Of a stretch of DNA of 64,000 nucleotides, positions 46,227 through 56,424 are shown piece by piece. Where the stretch lies: UHGV virus genome UHGV-1373625; one strand, given 5' to 3'. Every line of letters begins with the position of its first letter. Positions within the stretch are counted from its first letter, which is position 1. Source of the DNA: a virus. The position numbers and the translations under genes were made by a program. The notes below the pieces were generated by a model. It did no database searches. It saw only the letters and a program-made list of their open reading frames with translations, and was not told where the DNA came from.

Positions 46227-47528
46227 ATGGCTGAAAATACTATTATCGACAAGATCAATGCACTTTGGGAGGAGCAGAAGGCTGCTCTCGACAAGCGTGA
46301 TGAACTCCTGAAAAAGGATAGCTCTGCCGCTATTTCCGATCTCAAGGAAATGCTTGCTAAACAGGACGAAGACTTTAAGAAGTATAAGGCTGAGGCGGAC
46401 GAAGAGATTAAACGTCTCAAGATTTCAAGCGCCCCCTCCGGTGATCCGAAGACTCGTGAAGATATGGTTAAGTCCGCTTTCTTCCGTACCGTCCACAAGA
46501 CCAACTATCAGGATCTTCCCGAGGAATCAAAATCAGCTCTTATTGAAGCTGAAATGCTCGCCGCGAAAGCTTATGGCCTTCCCAAGTCAGAAACGGAAAT
46601 GAAGACCCTCCTGTCTGGTATTGATACCTATGGTGGCATTTTCGTCCCTGTGGAAGTCGAACGTGATATCCTGAAACTCGCTCGTGATGACTCTGCGATT
46701 TATAGACTTGCTGAAAAGAAGACCACGGGTACGTCAAGCTATGAACGTCCTGTCCGTCTTTCCGAATCATCTGCTGTGTGGACTGGTGAAGTCGAAACGC
46801 GCCGCGAAACCAAGACTCCGGATTACGGTCAGCTCAAGTGGGATGTCCATACGCTCATGGCGAAGCCTACTTTGTCTTCCGAACTCATCGAAGACTCTTA
46901 TGTTGATATTGAAGCCGAACTCATGGACAGTACTCGTATCGCCTTCGGTGAAACGATTGCTCATGCCCATGTGTGGGGCAATGGCGTGAAGAAGCCTTTC
47001 GGCATTCTTGCCTATCCCGTTGCCGAACAGACTGGCAAGGCTGGTGTTGATTGGGGCAAGCTCGGTTTTGCTAAGACTGGCAAGTCTGGTGCGTTCCTTC
47101 CTTACGATTCTGCCTCTAAGGATAAAGGCCCCGCCGATTGCCTTATCGATATGACCACCTTCCTGAAACGTGGTTATCGTCAGGGCGCTAACTGGTTGAT
47201 GAACTCCTTTACCGAGTCCTCCGTGCGTAAGCTCAAGGATAACGATGGTAACTATCTGTGGCAGCCGTCCTTGCAGATGGGCAAGCCGAACACCCTGCTC
47301 GGCTACAACATCGAAATTGACGAAAATATGCCCGACATTGAAGCCAATGCTTTCTCTATAGCCTTCGGCAACTTCCGTAAGGGATATCTTGTTGTCGAAC
47401 GTCGCGGTATGCGTATCCAGCGAGACACCGTGACCAAGGCCCCTCTCGTTATCTTCAACATTGACCTGCGTACTGGCGGCGGCGTTCAGAACTTTGAAGC
47501 GATTAAGCTGCTCAAGTTCGCGGCCTAA
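46227..47528 (+). CDS. Major capsid protein, HK97 family (with an N-terminal coiled-coil delta domain)
   Basis: Start at MAENTIID with aagaggaag RBS; coiled-coil N-terminus then an HK97-fold-like core; sits after the protease. Confidence 0.75.
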   Translation: MAENTIIDKINALWEEQKAALDKRDELLKKDSSAAISDLKEMLAKQDEDFKKYKAEADEEIKRLKISSAPSGDPKTREDMVKSAFFRTVHKTNYQDLPEESKSALIEAEMLAAKAYGLPKSETEMKTLLSGIDTYGGIFVPVEVERDILKLARDDSAIYRLAEKKTTGTSSYERPVRLSESSAVWTGEVETRRETKTPDYGQLKWDVHTLMAKPTLSSELIEDSYVDIEAELMDSTRIAFGETIAHAHVWGNGVKKPFGILAYPVAEQTGKAGVDWGKLGFAKTGKSGAFLPYDSASKDKGPADCLIDMTTFLKRGYRQGANWLMNSFTESSVRKLKDNDGNYLWQPSLQMGKPNTLLGYNIEIDENMPDIEANAFSIAFGNFRKGYLVVERRGMRIQRDTVTKAPLVIFNIDLRTGGGVQNFEAIKLLKFAA

Positions 47529-47548
47529 GCAAAAAAGGAGAAATCATT

Positions 47549-47899
47549 ATGGCTATGAAAGATCTTGCATCTCATATGAAGGTGGTCCCGGTTACTTCGG
47601 GAACTCCCATTGACATTCAGGGGTTCAATTCCGTTACTTTCGTGCTCGAAGGTGACGGCACCAATGAAGCTTCGCTTGCTATTACGCATGGCGACACGGA
47701 TTCTACCGCTACTGAGGAACTTGAACCTCTGGACCTCACTAAACCCATTGCGGAAGTGAAAGTCACTGCGTCCGCCAAGAGTGCTAAAGTCGGTTACATC
47801 GGTAGCCGCCAGTTCGTGAAGGTTGAAGTTACTAAGTCCGCTGGCACCCCGACCGTTCATGCGGTCCTGATGCGTGCCGACCTCGTTCCGGTGGAGTAA
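47549..47899 (+). CDS. hypothetical head-associated protein (possible decoration/Ig-like)
   Basis: 116 aa, beta-rich, aaaaggag RBS. Confidence 0.4.
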   Translation: MAMKDLASHMKVVPVTSGTPIDIQGFNSVTFVLEGDGTNEASLAITHGDTDSTATEELEPLDLTKPIAEVKVTASAKSAKVGYIGSRQFVKVEVTKSAGTPTVHAVLMRADLVPVE

Positions 47900-47905
47900 T
47901 CCCCT

Positions 47906-48217
47906 ATGGCTATCAACGAAGCGATTACCAGCGTAGCATCTCCTGTAGAAGTCTCCGCTGATGAAACTCCTAAGTCTTCCGCGAAGCCTAAATCATCAAA
48001 AGAAATTGTGAGTGGGGCGGTTCTCGCCCCCTCCGTTTCAGAAGATGTTATGGGTATCGTAGAAGACCTGAAAAAGGCCGGGCTTGATGAACGCCTTAAA
48101 AGGGAAAATCTTACTATCGTTGCTTTTGTCGGTGGTCGTTCCGGTTTCGGTTCCGCCGAGATTGTTCTTACCGAACTTGCCGATAAAGTAAAGCATAAAA
48201 TTAACGAAGGGAAATAG
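47906..48217 (+). CDS. hypothetical protein
   Basis: 103 aa. Confidence 0.4.
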   Translation: MAINEAITSVASPVEVSADETPKSSAKPKSSKEIVSGAVLAPSVSEDVMGIVEDLKKAGLDERLKRENLTIVAFVGGRSGFGSAEIVLTELADKVKHKINEGK

Positions 48218-48222
48218 ACGAT

Positions 48223-49185
48223 ATGAGTCTTGACATGACCATTGCCCCTAAATGCTACCCTGTTTCTGTAGAAGAGGTCAAGCAGCATTTGAGGCTGAAT
48301 ACCACAACTGCGGAAGAAGATTTTTATATTGAAAATCTTATAGCTTCCGCTACAACTCACGCGGAACAGAAGACCGGGCGAGTTTTTGTAGATTCAGAAT
48401 GGTCGTGGACTCCCTCCGAAAAAGAGATGAATGGGTCTGCGGTTCCTCTCCCTGTGGTTCCCGTTACATCCGTAGAAGTGTTTGACTCTTCGGGCCAGCC
48501 TGTCTCTCCTGACCTGTATACTGTTGAATACCCTGCGTTGTCGCCGCAAGGAAATCCGCTTATTGGATCTCTCTCCCCTTTGAGCGGATTTCCCCTTAAT
48601 CCAAAGATTGTTCTTCGCGCTGGATATACGGTAGAAGAAAAATTGGAAAAAATTGTAACTAACGAATCTCCTTTCATTGAACCAGCTAAAACCGGATTCA
48701 CTGAATCTAGTGTTACTCTCGTATTCAATCGACCCATTATGGGCGATGCAAAACCAGAAAATTTTCAAATCTATGATTCCGTTGGAAACAACGTACCCGT
48801 GCTTGCCATTTTTGTCAAGGATGATGTTGTAGAAATTCAGACTACGGAAGCATCAATTGTAAAAGGTGCATCCCTCATCATAAATTATGCTGGTGGTTTC
48901 ATTCACGATGAATTTCATAATTATGTAGATGCCCAATCTGTAAAGCTTCCTCCTATCACGGAAATTCCGAAATTACATATTGCGCCTGATGCAATCCCAA
49001 CTCAAAAAGTTTTTGTAAGCAATTGTCCTCATCCTTTGAAACAATGGATTATGGTTCGTACAGGAACGCTCTTTCAGCAAAGATCCGAGATAGCTTTGAG
49101 AGCAGGAAAATCTAACGATGCATTATTTCCAAGCAATTTTATAGATAATATATTGGACACATTTAAAATTATAGGATTTGTTTGA
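48223..49185 (+). CDS. Head-tail connector (gp6-like) protein with a long C-terminal extension
   Basis: N-terminal VSVEEVKQHLRLNTTTAEEDFYIENLIASATTHAEQKTGRVF matches the gp6-like connector signature; 320 aa is far longer than usual. Confidence 0.5.
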   Translation: MSLDMTIAPKCYPVSVEEVKQHLRLNTTTAEEDFYIENLIASATTHAEQKTGRVFVDSEWSWTPSEKEMNGSAVPLPVVPVTSVEVFDSSGQPVSPDLYTVEYPALSPQGNPLIGSLSPLSGFPLNPKIVLRAGYTVEEKLEKIVTNESPFIEPAKTGFTESSVTLVFNRPIMGDAKPENFQIYDSVGNNVPVLAIFVKDDVVEIQTTEASIVKGASLIINYAGGFIHDEFHNYVDAQSVKLPPITEIPKLHIAPDAIPTQKVFVSNCPHPLKQWIMVRTGTLFQQRSEIALRAGKSNDALFPSNFIDNILDTFKIIGFV

Positions 49186-49186
49186 T

Positions 49187-49537
49187 ATGCTTGATTATAC
49201 TTCAAATCCTGCCGTATTAAATAAAAGAGCGACATTGCTTAAAGAAGTTCGATCAAGAGACGTTACTGGTTCACCGACAAGTTTATATCATCCTGTAGCT
49301 GACATCTATGTTGGCATTGAATATATGTCTGGGAGAGAATATTGGATTGCTTCTCAGTCTCAAGGAGAAGGGACGATACGACTTTCCATGAGATTTCGTT
49401 CGGACGTTTCAGATAGAAGTAGATTCATATTACATTCGGATCATGAAGGCGATATTGTTTTGGAAGTAAAGTCACCTCCTATAAATAAAGAGAATACTTA
49501 TCTTGAAGTTATGTGTAGGAGACTTTCCGATGCTTAA
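49187..49537 (+). CDS. Head closure / head-tail adaptor protein
   Basis: Position and size; start at 49187 with agga RBS. Confidence 0.45.
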   Translation: MLDYTSNPAVLNKRATLLKEVRSRDVTGSPTSLYHPVADIYVGIEYMSGREYWIASQSQGEGTIRLSMRFRSDVSDRSRFILHSDHEGDIVLEVKSPPINKENTYLEVMCRRLSDA

Positions 49538-49940
49538 TACGCCATTAAAGCTTGTCCAAAGAGCGGAAACAAAACTTTTTCAACTTTTCATAAAGTCTCA
49601 AGAAGTAAAAAAATTTTTTGGTGAAAATATTTTCCAAGGAATCGTCGAAGCGAACACTGTAGCTAATACTAAACGCTTCGTTCTAATTCATCGAATTTCC
49701 GGAGATCCCTTGGACAAAACACTTTCTGATAGGGGAGACTTATTGCGGTCAGTCCGTGTACAAGTTGATGTAATGAGCACCAACTATGCAGACGCCACAG
49801 AAGGTTCCGAAATTATCAGAAGTTTATCGGAAACGGAGTTTCCATCTTGCGTAGATGGAGATCATTATGGAACAACGCAGATTGGGCAAAATATTTGGCA
49901 TATCCAATCTGTAGATTTTATCCTTGAAGAAGGAGCTTAA
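49530..49940 (+). CDS. Neck / tail-completion-type protein
   Basis: Position in the module; start at MLNTPLK overlapping the upstream stop (ATGCTTAA). Confidence 0.4.
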   Translation: MLNTPLKLVQRAETKLFQLFIKSQEVKKFFGENIFQGIVEANTVANTKRFVLIHRISGDPLDKTLSDRGDLLRSVRVQVDVMSTNYADATEGSEIIRSLSETEFPSCVDGDHYGTTQIGQNIWHIQSVDFILEEGA

Positions 49941-49942
49941 CA

Positions 49943-50746
49943 ATGGCTGTATCTTATCAAGCCAGAACGAGTAAAGGACTGAAATTCTTCCGTGGTACGG
50001 GGTCTTCTTTCGCTACGGCAGTATGGGAACACGTTCCGGGAATTTCGGCTTGGAATGGACCTAACATTTCCAAACCTACAATTACCGTTACGACTACTCA
50101 ATCGGAAGCCGTAGAAAAAATCTCGGATATTCCTGATAACGGCACTATTACTTTTAACGGTTATGTTGATGACCTTTGTGAAACGCATCAGAATTTGCTG
50201 ACGCAAGATTTGTACTCTCGTGATTACCGTCCGTGTAAGGTAGAATTCCCCACGGGTACGGTTATGTACTTCATGGGCCAGCTTACCGGGATGCCGCTTT
50301 CTGGTGGTGTCGGTGCTGCGAATACGACTACGTACACTTTCGATGTTTCCGGCAAGATTGAATGGGTTTTTGGTGGTAAACGCGCAACCTTGAGTTGGGA
50401 TAGCACACTCGCTGGCACTGAATCGTCTGGCGCTGTGACTGGCAAAGTTACTGTAACGCTTATTCCGGGTAAGGAATCTACTGCTAAATTTACTACGAGC
50501 GTTGAAAACGCCGCAAACTTTACCGCAAATACGCATTATAAATTGGCTAATGCCCCGGCGGGACTTGTTGGTGCTCTTAAGAAAGTTAGTGATACGGTTG
50601 CTGAATTGTCTTTCACTGGAGCCGCTACTAATAAGGCAGATGTTTCTAATATCGCCTTGACTTTTATGGATAGCGCTTTTGCTAATGCTGATGCGAATCT
50701 CATTTCCGGCAGTACGAAGACCGATATTGCTATCACTTTCGTTTAA
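49943..50746 (+). CDS. Major tail protein (probable C-terminal Ig-like domain)
   Basis: Position before the G/G-T chaperone; T/S/G-rich beta composition; aaggagc RBS. Confidence 0.55.
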   Translation: MAVSYQARTSKGLKFFRGTGSSFATAVWEHVPGISAWNGPNISKPTITVTTTQSEAVEKISDIPDNGTITFNGYVDDLCETHQNLLTQDLYSRDYRPCKVEFPTGTVMYFMGQLTGMPLSGGVGAANTTTYTFDVSGKIEWVFGGKRATLSWDSTLAGTESSGAVTGKVTVTLIPGKESTAKFTTSVENAANFTANTHYKLANAPAGLVGALKKVSDTVAELSFTGAATNKADVSNIALTFMDSAFANADANLISGSTKTDIAITFV

Positions 50747-50817
50747 TCTATAACAACCAAATAGAAAGAGAGGGAGAATCGTCTCCCTCTCGAAAAAAAA
50801 TTCAGGAGAGGAATCAT

Positions 50818-51189
50818 ATGGCTATTCTTACTATTGAAAAATTTGCGGAGCTGCGTAATAGTCTTACTGTTGTGAAAGACAAGTTTTATATCCCCGTATG
50901 GGACGCGGAAGTTTACATGCGTAGACTGAGCGCCGGGGAAGCAATGAAAATTTATAGCCGCGCCGAGAAAGTTCAAGACGAGGATAAAAAGGTCGAAGAG
51001 TATAACTTTGCGATGTACCGCATGGTTATTGCTTGCCTTGTCGATGAGAACGGCAACCAGATGCTTACTGAAAATGACATCAATTGGCTTTTGAGTCAGG
51101 ATGTTCAGGTTGTTACTGCCTTGGTTGAAGCCGCATCAAAGATGAATACTATCAATGAAAAGGCTCAGGAAGAGGCAGAAAAAAACTAA
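50818..51189 (+). CDS. Tail assembly chaperone (gpG-like)
   Basis: Acidic 123-aa protein directly upstream of the tape measure; ends at slippery A7 site. Confidence 0.65.
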   Translation: MAILTIEKFAELRNSLTVVKDKFYIPVWDAEVYMRRLSAGEAMKIYSRAEKVQDEDKKVEEYNFAMYRMVIACLVDENGNQMLTENDINWLLSQDVQVVTALVEAASKMNTINEKAQEEAEKN

Positions 51190-51428
51190 CTACTGGCTGG
51201 CTTTGGATGTTTGCGTATTCTCTTGCGCGTGATCTTCATATGACGGTAAACCAGCTTTTAGAAAACATGGACGTAGAAGAATTCATGGGATGGGTTGCCT
51301 ACCATAAGATTAAAAACGAAGAACAAGAGAATGAAGAAGGGGGCCAATCTCCTAGAAAAAGAGAGATGGCCCCCGAAGAACAAGAAAAGGCGATGTTCGC
51401 TCTTTATGGCGGAAAAGTTATTGAATAA
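50818..51428 (+). CDS. Tail assembly chaperone G-T fusion produced by a programmed -1 frameshift at GAAAAAAAC (51178-51186)
   Basis: Heptanucleotide AAAAAAA before the gpG stop; the -1 frame is open from 51183 to 51428. Confidence 0.5.
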
Positions 51429-51437
51429 AAAAGTCGC

Positions 51438-51704
51438 CTACTTCTTCGCAGCGTTTTCTTTATCCAGCCGTTTGCGCGTTTCCCATTCTTTACGCATCGA
51501 AACAATCTGATTGATGCCCGGAATAATTGCACTCTTGAGTAGCACATGGCAACTCAATGCCATATACAAACCGATTATGCCCAACTTTGTACCATAAGGT
51601 TTTCCATTCACGTCCGCAAGAATACCAAAGGCAAAAATCAAGGCACCGATGATTTCAACAGAAACAAAGACTCTAAGCAAAACGTAAAATTTTTTCATTT
51701 TCAA
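51438..51704 (-). CDS. Small membrane protein encoded antisense inside the tail module (moron candidate)
   Basis: 88 aa, two TM helices, strong gggaga RBS; the only minus-strand gene in the 43.5-64 kb structural block. Confidence 0.5.
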   Translation of the reverse strand: MKMKKFYVLLRVFVSVEIIGALIFAFGILADVNGKPYGTKLGIIGLYMALSCHVLLKSAIIPGINQIVSMRKEWETRKRLDKENAAKK

Positions 51705-51741
51705 TCTCCCTTAAAAAGCCCGTAATGGATTGGAGGTGTAC

Positions 51742-52317
51742 ATGGCTTTTAATGTACAACAACTCCCGCTCAAACTTCTCTCTGAAATTTCATTTCAAAT
51801 AGAGACGGAGGGTGCGAAAGTCCTTACGGGCTTTTCTAATGCGCTCCGTCTTGAGATGATAAAAAATGCTAAAAGTATCCCCCTTTCCAAGAACCCTTGG
51901 TACGTAACGCCCAATGAAAATTTTAGAGAAACGCCATTTGTCCGTCCATCAAAAAGAATACCTAAAAAAGCTAAACTTGTTGACGCTGGAGCTTGGTATG
52001 CACATTTTCTTGAATACGGTACGGAGCCCCATGTTGTCAAGGGAAAAAGAAGTCCTAAAAAATGGATGCGATATGAAGACAAACTTGGCGTACCTCCCGG
52101 TATAGTATTCAGAGATCCAGCTACGAAAGAAATTATCAGATTTACGGAAAGAAGTAAAGTAGACGGAAAAGTCTACGTTTTTTCAAAAAAAGAAGAGCAT
52201 GGCATTCCCGGTAAATCCACGCCAAACCCTTTTCAACCTGCGGGATATGTGCGTAAAACTGCGGACTCAGCCGAAAAAGTGCTTGAAAAATATTTGTCCA
52301 CGGAAGAGGGATCTTAA
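51742..52317 (+). CDS. HK97 gp10-family protein
   Basis: WYAHFLEYGTEPH matches the gp10-family E-x-G-T motif; ggaggtg RBS. Confidence 0.5.
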   Translation: MAFNVQQLPLKLLSEISFQIETEGAKVLTGFSNALRLEMIKNAKSIPLSKNPWYVTPNENFRETPFVRPSKRIPKKAKLVDAGAWYAHFLEYGTEPHVVKGKRSPKKWMRYEDKLGVPPGIVFRDPATKEIIRFTERSKVDGKVYVFSKKEEHGIPGKSTPNPFQPAGYVRKTADSAEKVLEKYLSTEEGS

Positions 52318-55300
52318 TGGCGACTAAAAGACTCACACGGCTAGTTATTCCGGTGGAGCTTGACGATAGTAAAACAGCAAGCACTCTCACCAATCTTAAA
52401 GAAGTAATCACTCAAACAAGCCAGCAAATTTCTCGGAGCATGGAGAAAGCCCTGCCCGTTGCTGATATTACTAATGCTTCTATAAATATTATCAGGTCAA
52501 TCGGAAGTATTCAAGCGTCCGCCAAAACCGCCGCCGCAGGAATTAAAAGTGAGACTGATAAAATTGGGAACGCTCTGCAAGGTGCTTTCGGCGTAGATGC
52601 GACGAAAGCGTCTTCTATGATGCAAAAATTCCTTGAGATGCGCGGTGTTGAAAGGGCGGTAACTCAGTTAAAACGGATGCAGCGTGAGTATGGGCTTACA
52701 TCCGCCGAAGCTATTGAGTTTGCGAAAAGCATCAATGCGTCTGACGAGGTTCTTCGTCGATTTGCTGACACTCAGGAACGCACAAAACAGGGTGGTAGAG
52801 GCGTTTCCGGGCTTCTTACGCCGTATTCCCTTACTTCTGGTGTTCAAGCCGCAGCGGGCGCTGTAGGTGTTTCTTTCGGTATGTACGGAATGGTCGAGCT
52901 TACCAAGTCCGTATTTAACGCTACCACCGCTCTTGATAGCTTACAGCTTTCTTTCAAGTCGATTTACGGAGAATCCGCAGTAGCCGAGCAATCCCTCGGA
53001 TTTGTACGTAAAGTAAGTGATGAACTTGGATTGTCTTTTATCGACACTGCGCAAGCTGCAAAAGCTCTGTTCGCTTCCGCGAAAGGCACTGTCTTAGAAA
53101 ACGACGCTCAGATGATTTTTAAAAGCTTCTCCCAGATGGGCGTTGCGCTTAAACTCACTGGCGAACAGATGGATTCCGTGTTCCTCGCTATCTCTCAGAT
53201 GATTTCTAAGGGTAAGGTCAGCACGGAAGAACTTAGATTACAGCTTTCTGAAAGAATGCCCGGTGCAGTGAATCTTTTTGCGAAAGCTATTGGAGTGACC
53301 ACAAAACAACTTGACGATATGCTCCAAAAAGGCGAAGTTGGACTTGAACATCTTCGTACCTTTGCGGAAGAAGTCGGAAAGACGTATGCTAAGGGAGCGG
53401 AAGAAGCTTCTCACGGTTTACAAGCCGAGCTTAACAGGTTGGCTACTGCATGGTTTGACCTCAAATCCGCAATGATGGATTCCGAGGGCGCGGCAGCTTT
53501 TATTCGTGTACTTACGGAAATTACGAAATTCATTGGGCAGAACATTGATTCAATAATGAATTTCGTAAAGTGGCTTGGAATCGTATATGCGACGCTTAAA
53601 GTCACTACGGCTTTCGGTGTTGCGGTAGATGCGCTCAAGAATCTCAGAACTGCTTTCACGCTGACAGGAGTAGCCGCAGCAGAAGCGTCCGGCATAATGA
53701 AAGCCGCGCAAGCCGTAATCGCTAAATTCGCACTTGCTTTTAACGCCAATCCTATCGCACTTACTGTCACCGCGCTAGTCGCTGTAGGTACTGCGGCATA
53801 CGCTCTTAGCAACCAGATGTCTGACTCCGAAAAGTTTATTTCCGGATATGCCAAGAGCTTCGACGAGATTGCCAGTAAGTCTGAAAAGGCTGCGGCAAGC
53901 CAGAACAATCTTTCAAATTCCAATAAACGACTCCAAGAACAATATCTTAGCGGTGAATACGTAAAGCGCCAGATGGACTTTATCCAAGCCCTTCAAGAGC
54001 TTCCTAACGTATTCTCTTCTACTAAGGTGATTAGTTTTTTTGATTCCATACTCGGGCCTCTTTCCGATACTGATTCAGAAGCTCTCTTTACATTAAGAAG
54101 TCAAGCCGTTAAGCTTGCTAAAGAGACTCGTGATGCTATTGATAAAGCATTAAACGAAGAAACCGACCCGAAAGCCAGAGATGAAATGATTAAGAACACT
54201 CTTGATCGTTTCAAGATCATGTTCCGTACTATCAAAGATGGCATGAAAGAAGCTGGTGCATCTGACGAAGTTATTAAGCAATGGGACAATTTCGGTGGGG
54301 CCATTCTCAATGCGAAAGATACCGCAGATGCAGCTAAAGCGGCGTTGGAAGCGCTCACCGGAGAAGCGAACAAAAGCGGAAACAGCATAGCTAAATTCGC
54401 GGAAGCCTATGAAGCTATTCGTAAAGGAACAAAGACCACAGAATTTGGCAAGCAGCTTGCCGGGCAGGAAGACTTCGAGGCTCAAATTCGCGGACTTCTC
54501 CAGATGTCCGAAGCTCAAGAGCAACTAGAGAGCAAGACTCGGAATCTCCTCGCAGCATATACCGAACAGCAGAACGCCAATACTTTGACCGAAGAAAAGA
54601 TGAGAGAGCTTGAATCAGCTTTTGATTCTATGTCTAGTCAGTCCGGTCAACTTGACAATGCTTTCCGGCTTGTAGCTGAGGCGGCAGTATCCTCTGGAGC
54701 GGATGCTTCTACTCTCGATTCAATTATCGAAAAGCTTGGAGAAACTTTCCATCTTTCCGCTCAAGATATTGATGAGTTTAAAGCAAAATTAAATTCCGCG
54801 TTATCTATTTCGGCTATTGAATCCGTAAATAGAGAAATATCGAAAATTGAGGGAAAGCTCGAATTAGTTGGTAAAAAAGGAGCTTCTTCTGCTCTTGAAA
54901 AATTGATGTCTTTTAAAGAGATTGGGAAAAATCAAGGTAAAGAGCTGGCAAAAGCTATTGAATCCGGAGATTTTTCTAATATCGTAGACCTTTATGGGAA
55001 TAAGATAGCAAAAGAAACAGCAGATAAGTATAAACTCCTTGTTGAAAAGCAAGAAGCCCTTATCGCTGCGGAAGATGCTAATCGAGAAGCAAAACGAGCT
55101 GCAAAGAAAAAGCCTAAGAAAATCCCTGAATTTGATATTGAGGGGTTTGATGTTCGCGTACAGAAGTTGTTTGGAACTGAAACGAACTTCGCAAAAATTG
55201 TTGAAGCCGAAATTGAAAAACTAAACGCTTCACTGGCTACGCATCAGCTTGATATTAAAAAAGTCGCAGAAATCTATAAAGATGAGCTTCCTAATGGACT

Positions 55301-56420
55301 GCATTCCGTTGCCGAAGCGCAAGAATTCCTGAGCAACAAGCTCAAAGAAGGATTGTTCGCCAAGCAAGCGGAAAAAGAAAAGAAAGCCGTCGATGATCTT
55401 CGTGAAAAATTGATGGACTTTGAAAGGGCTTATTCTGAAATCGTTTCGGGCGATAAGGGTGAAGCCGCACTTAAATCCTATGAAAAGCAATCTAAGCAAT
55501 GGAAAGACACTGCTGAGAAGCTCTATAGGTCTATATCTAATTCCGCATTTTCTTCCGCAGAAGAAAGAATTGCTGCTGAACAAGAATATGCTGATACGGT
55601 TGCTCGTATTGATGAATGGATGGCGGAACAAAGAATCCGTACGTCTGGTGGTGTTTTAGATAATCTGAAACTCGGTATCAAAGATTATTATGACCAGCAT
55701 AAGAACTATGCTCTTGGATTGGGTGAAGTAGTAACCTCTACCACAGATAGCATGGCAGCCGCCTTATCTGATTTTGTGGTAGGAGGTATGCGAGACTTTA
55801 AGTCCTTCGGAGAGGCATTTGACAGCTTGGTTAATGACATGATCAGAAGCCTGTCAAAATTGCTTGCGCAACAGCTTATGTCTGGCATCCTCCAATCCGC
55901 GCTTGGCCTCTTCACCGGAGGTATTGGCGGTGGTGGAGGTGGTGCTGATAATGCGGTTTCATTCTCATCTTGGTTCGGCGGTATTAATAGAAAAGCCAAT
56001 GGTGGCGTGATGACTGGAATTTCTGGTCATAGCAATTCGATAGTAACTTCACCGACTCTTTTCTCTTACGGAAAAGAAATCAGCCAGTATGCCAATGGTG
56101 CTGGATTGATGGGAGAAGCTGGACCCGAAGCTATTATGCCTTTGACGAGAACAAGCTCAGGTAAACTCGGCGTCATTTCCAAACGAGAAAATGAGTCGAG
56201 CCGACCCACATCTTCTTCATCTTCCGAGGTGTTTGTAAATGTTTATAACTCTACTGGTCAAAAGGCGCAAACCAAACAAACTCAGAATGCAAATGGGTCA
56301 AAAAGCATAGATGTTATAATTGGTGATGTCGCTGCACAGCAGATGCTTACTCCCGGCACCAAAGCCAATTACGCCATTAGAACACAAACCGGGGCTACTC
56401 CCCCGACGATTAAGCGGTGA
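52317..56420 (+). CDS. Tail tape measure protein
   Basis: 1367 aa, alpha-helical and Ala/Lys/Glu-rich, with a G-rich C-terminal region (GGIGGGGGGADN); position after the G/T chaperone. Confidence 0.85.
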   Translation: MATKRLTRLVIPVELDDSKTASTLTNLKEVITQTSQQISRSMEKALPVADITNASINIIRSIGSIQASAKTAAAGIKSETDKIGNALQGAFGVDATKASSMMQKFLEMRGVERAVTQLKRMQREYGLTSAEAIEFAKSINASDEVLRRFADTQERTKQGGRGVSGLLTPYSLTSGVQAAAGAVGVSFGMYGMVELTKSVFNATTALDSLQLSFKSIYGESAVAEQSLGFVRKVSDELGLSFIDTAQAAKALFASAKGTVLENDAQMIFKSFSQMGVALKLTGEQMDSVFLAISQMISKGKVSTEELRLQLSERMPGAVNLFAKAIGVTTKQLDDMLQKGEVGLEHLRTFAEEVGKTYAKGAEEASHGLQAELNRLATAWFDLKSAMMDSEGAAAFIRVLTEITKFIGQNIDSIMNFVKWLGIVYATLKVTTAFGVAVDALKNLRTAFTLTGVAAAEASGIMKAAQAVIAKFALAFNANPIALTVTALVAVGTAAYALSNQMSDSEKFISGYAKSFDEIASKSEKAAASQNNLSNSNKRLQEQYLSGEYVKRQMDFIQALQELPNVFSSTKVISFFDSILGPLSDTDSEALFTLRSQAVKLAKETRDAIDKALNEETDPKARDEMIKNTLDRFKIMFRTIKDGMKEAGASDEVIKQWDNFGGAILNAKDTADAAKAALEALTGEANKSGNSIAKFAEAYEAIRKGTKTTEFGKQLAGQEDFEAQIRGLLQMSEAQEQLESKTRNLLAAYTEQQNANTLTEEKMRELESAFDSMSSQSGQLDNAFRLVAEAAVSSGADASTLDSIIEKLGETFHLSAQDIDEFKAKLNSALSISAIESVNREISKIEGKLELVGKKGASSALEKLMSFKEIGKNQGKELAKAIESGDFSNIVDLYGNKIAKETADKYKLLVEKQEALIAAEDANREAKRAAKKKPKKIPEFDIEGFDVRVQKLFGTETNFAKIVEAEIEKLNASLATHQLDIKKVAEIYKDELPNGLHSVAEAQEFLSNKLKEGLFAKQAEKEKKAVDDLREKLMDFERAYSEIVSGDKGEAALKSYEKQSKQWKDTAEKLYRSISNSAFSSAEERIAAEQEYADTVARIDEWMAEQRIRTSGGVLDNLKLGIKDYYDQHKNYALGLGEVVTSTTDSMAAALSDFVVGGMRDFKSFGEAFDSLVNDMIRSLSKLLAQQLMSGILQSALGLFTGGIGGGGGGADNAVSFSSWFGGINRKANGGVMTGISGHSNSIVTSPTLFSYGKEISQYANGAGLMGEAGPEAIMPLTRTSSGKLGVISKRENESSRPTSSSSSEVFVNVYNSTGQKAQTKQTQNANGSKSIDVIIGDVAAQQMLTPGTKANYAIRTQTGATPPTIKR

Positions 56421-56424
56421 TTAT

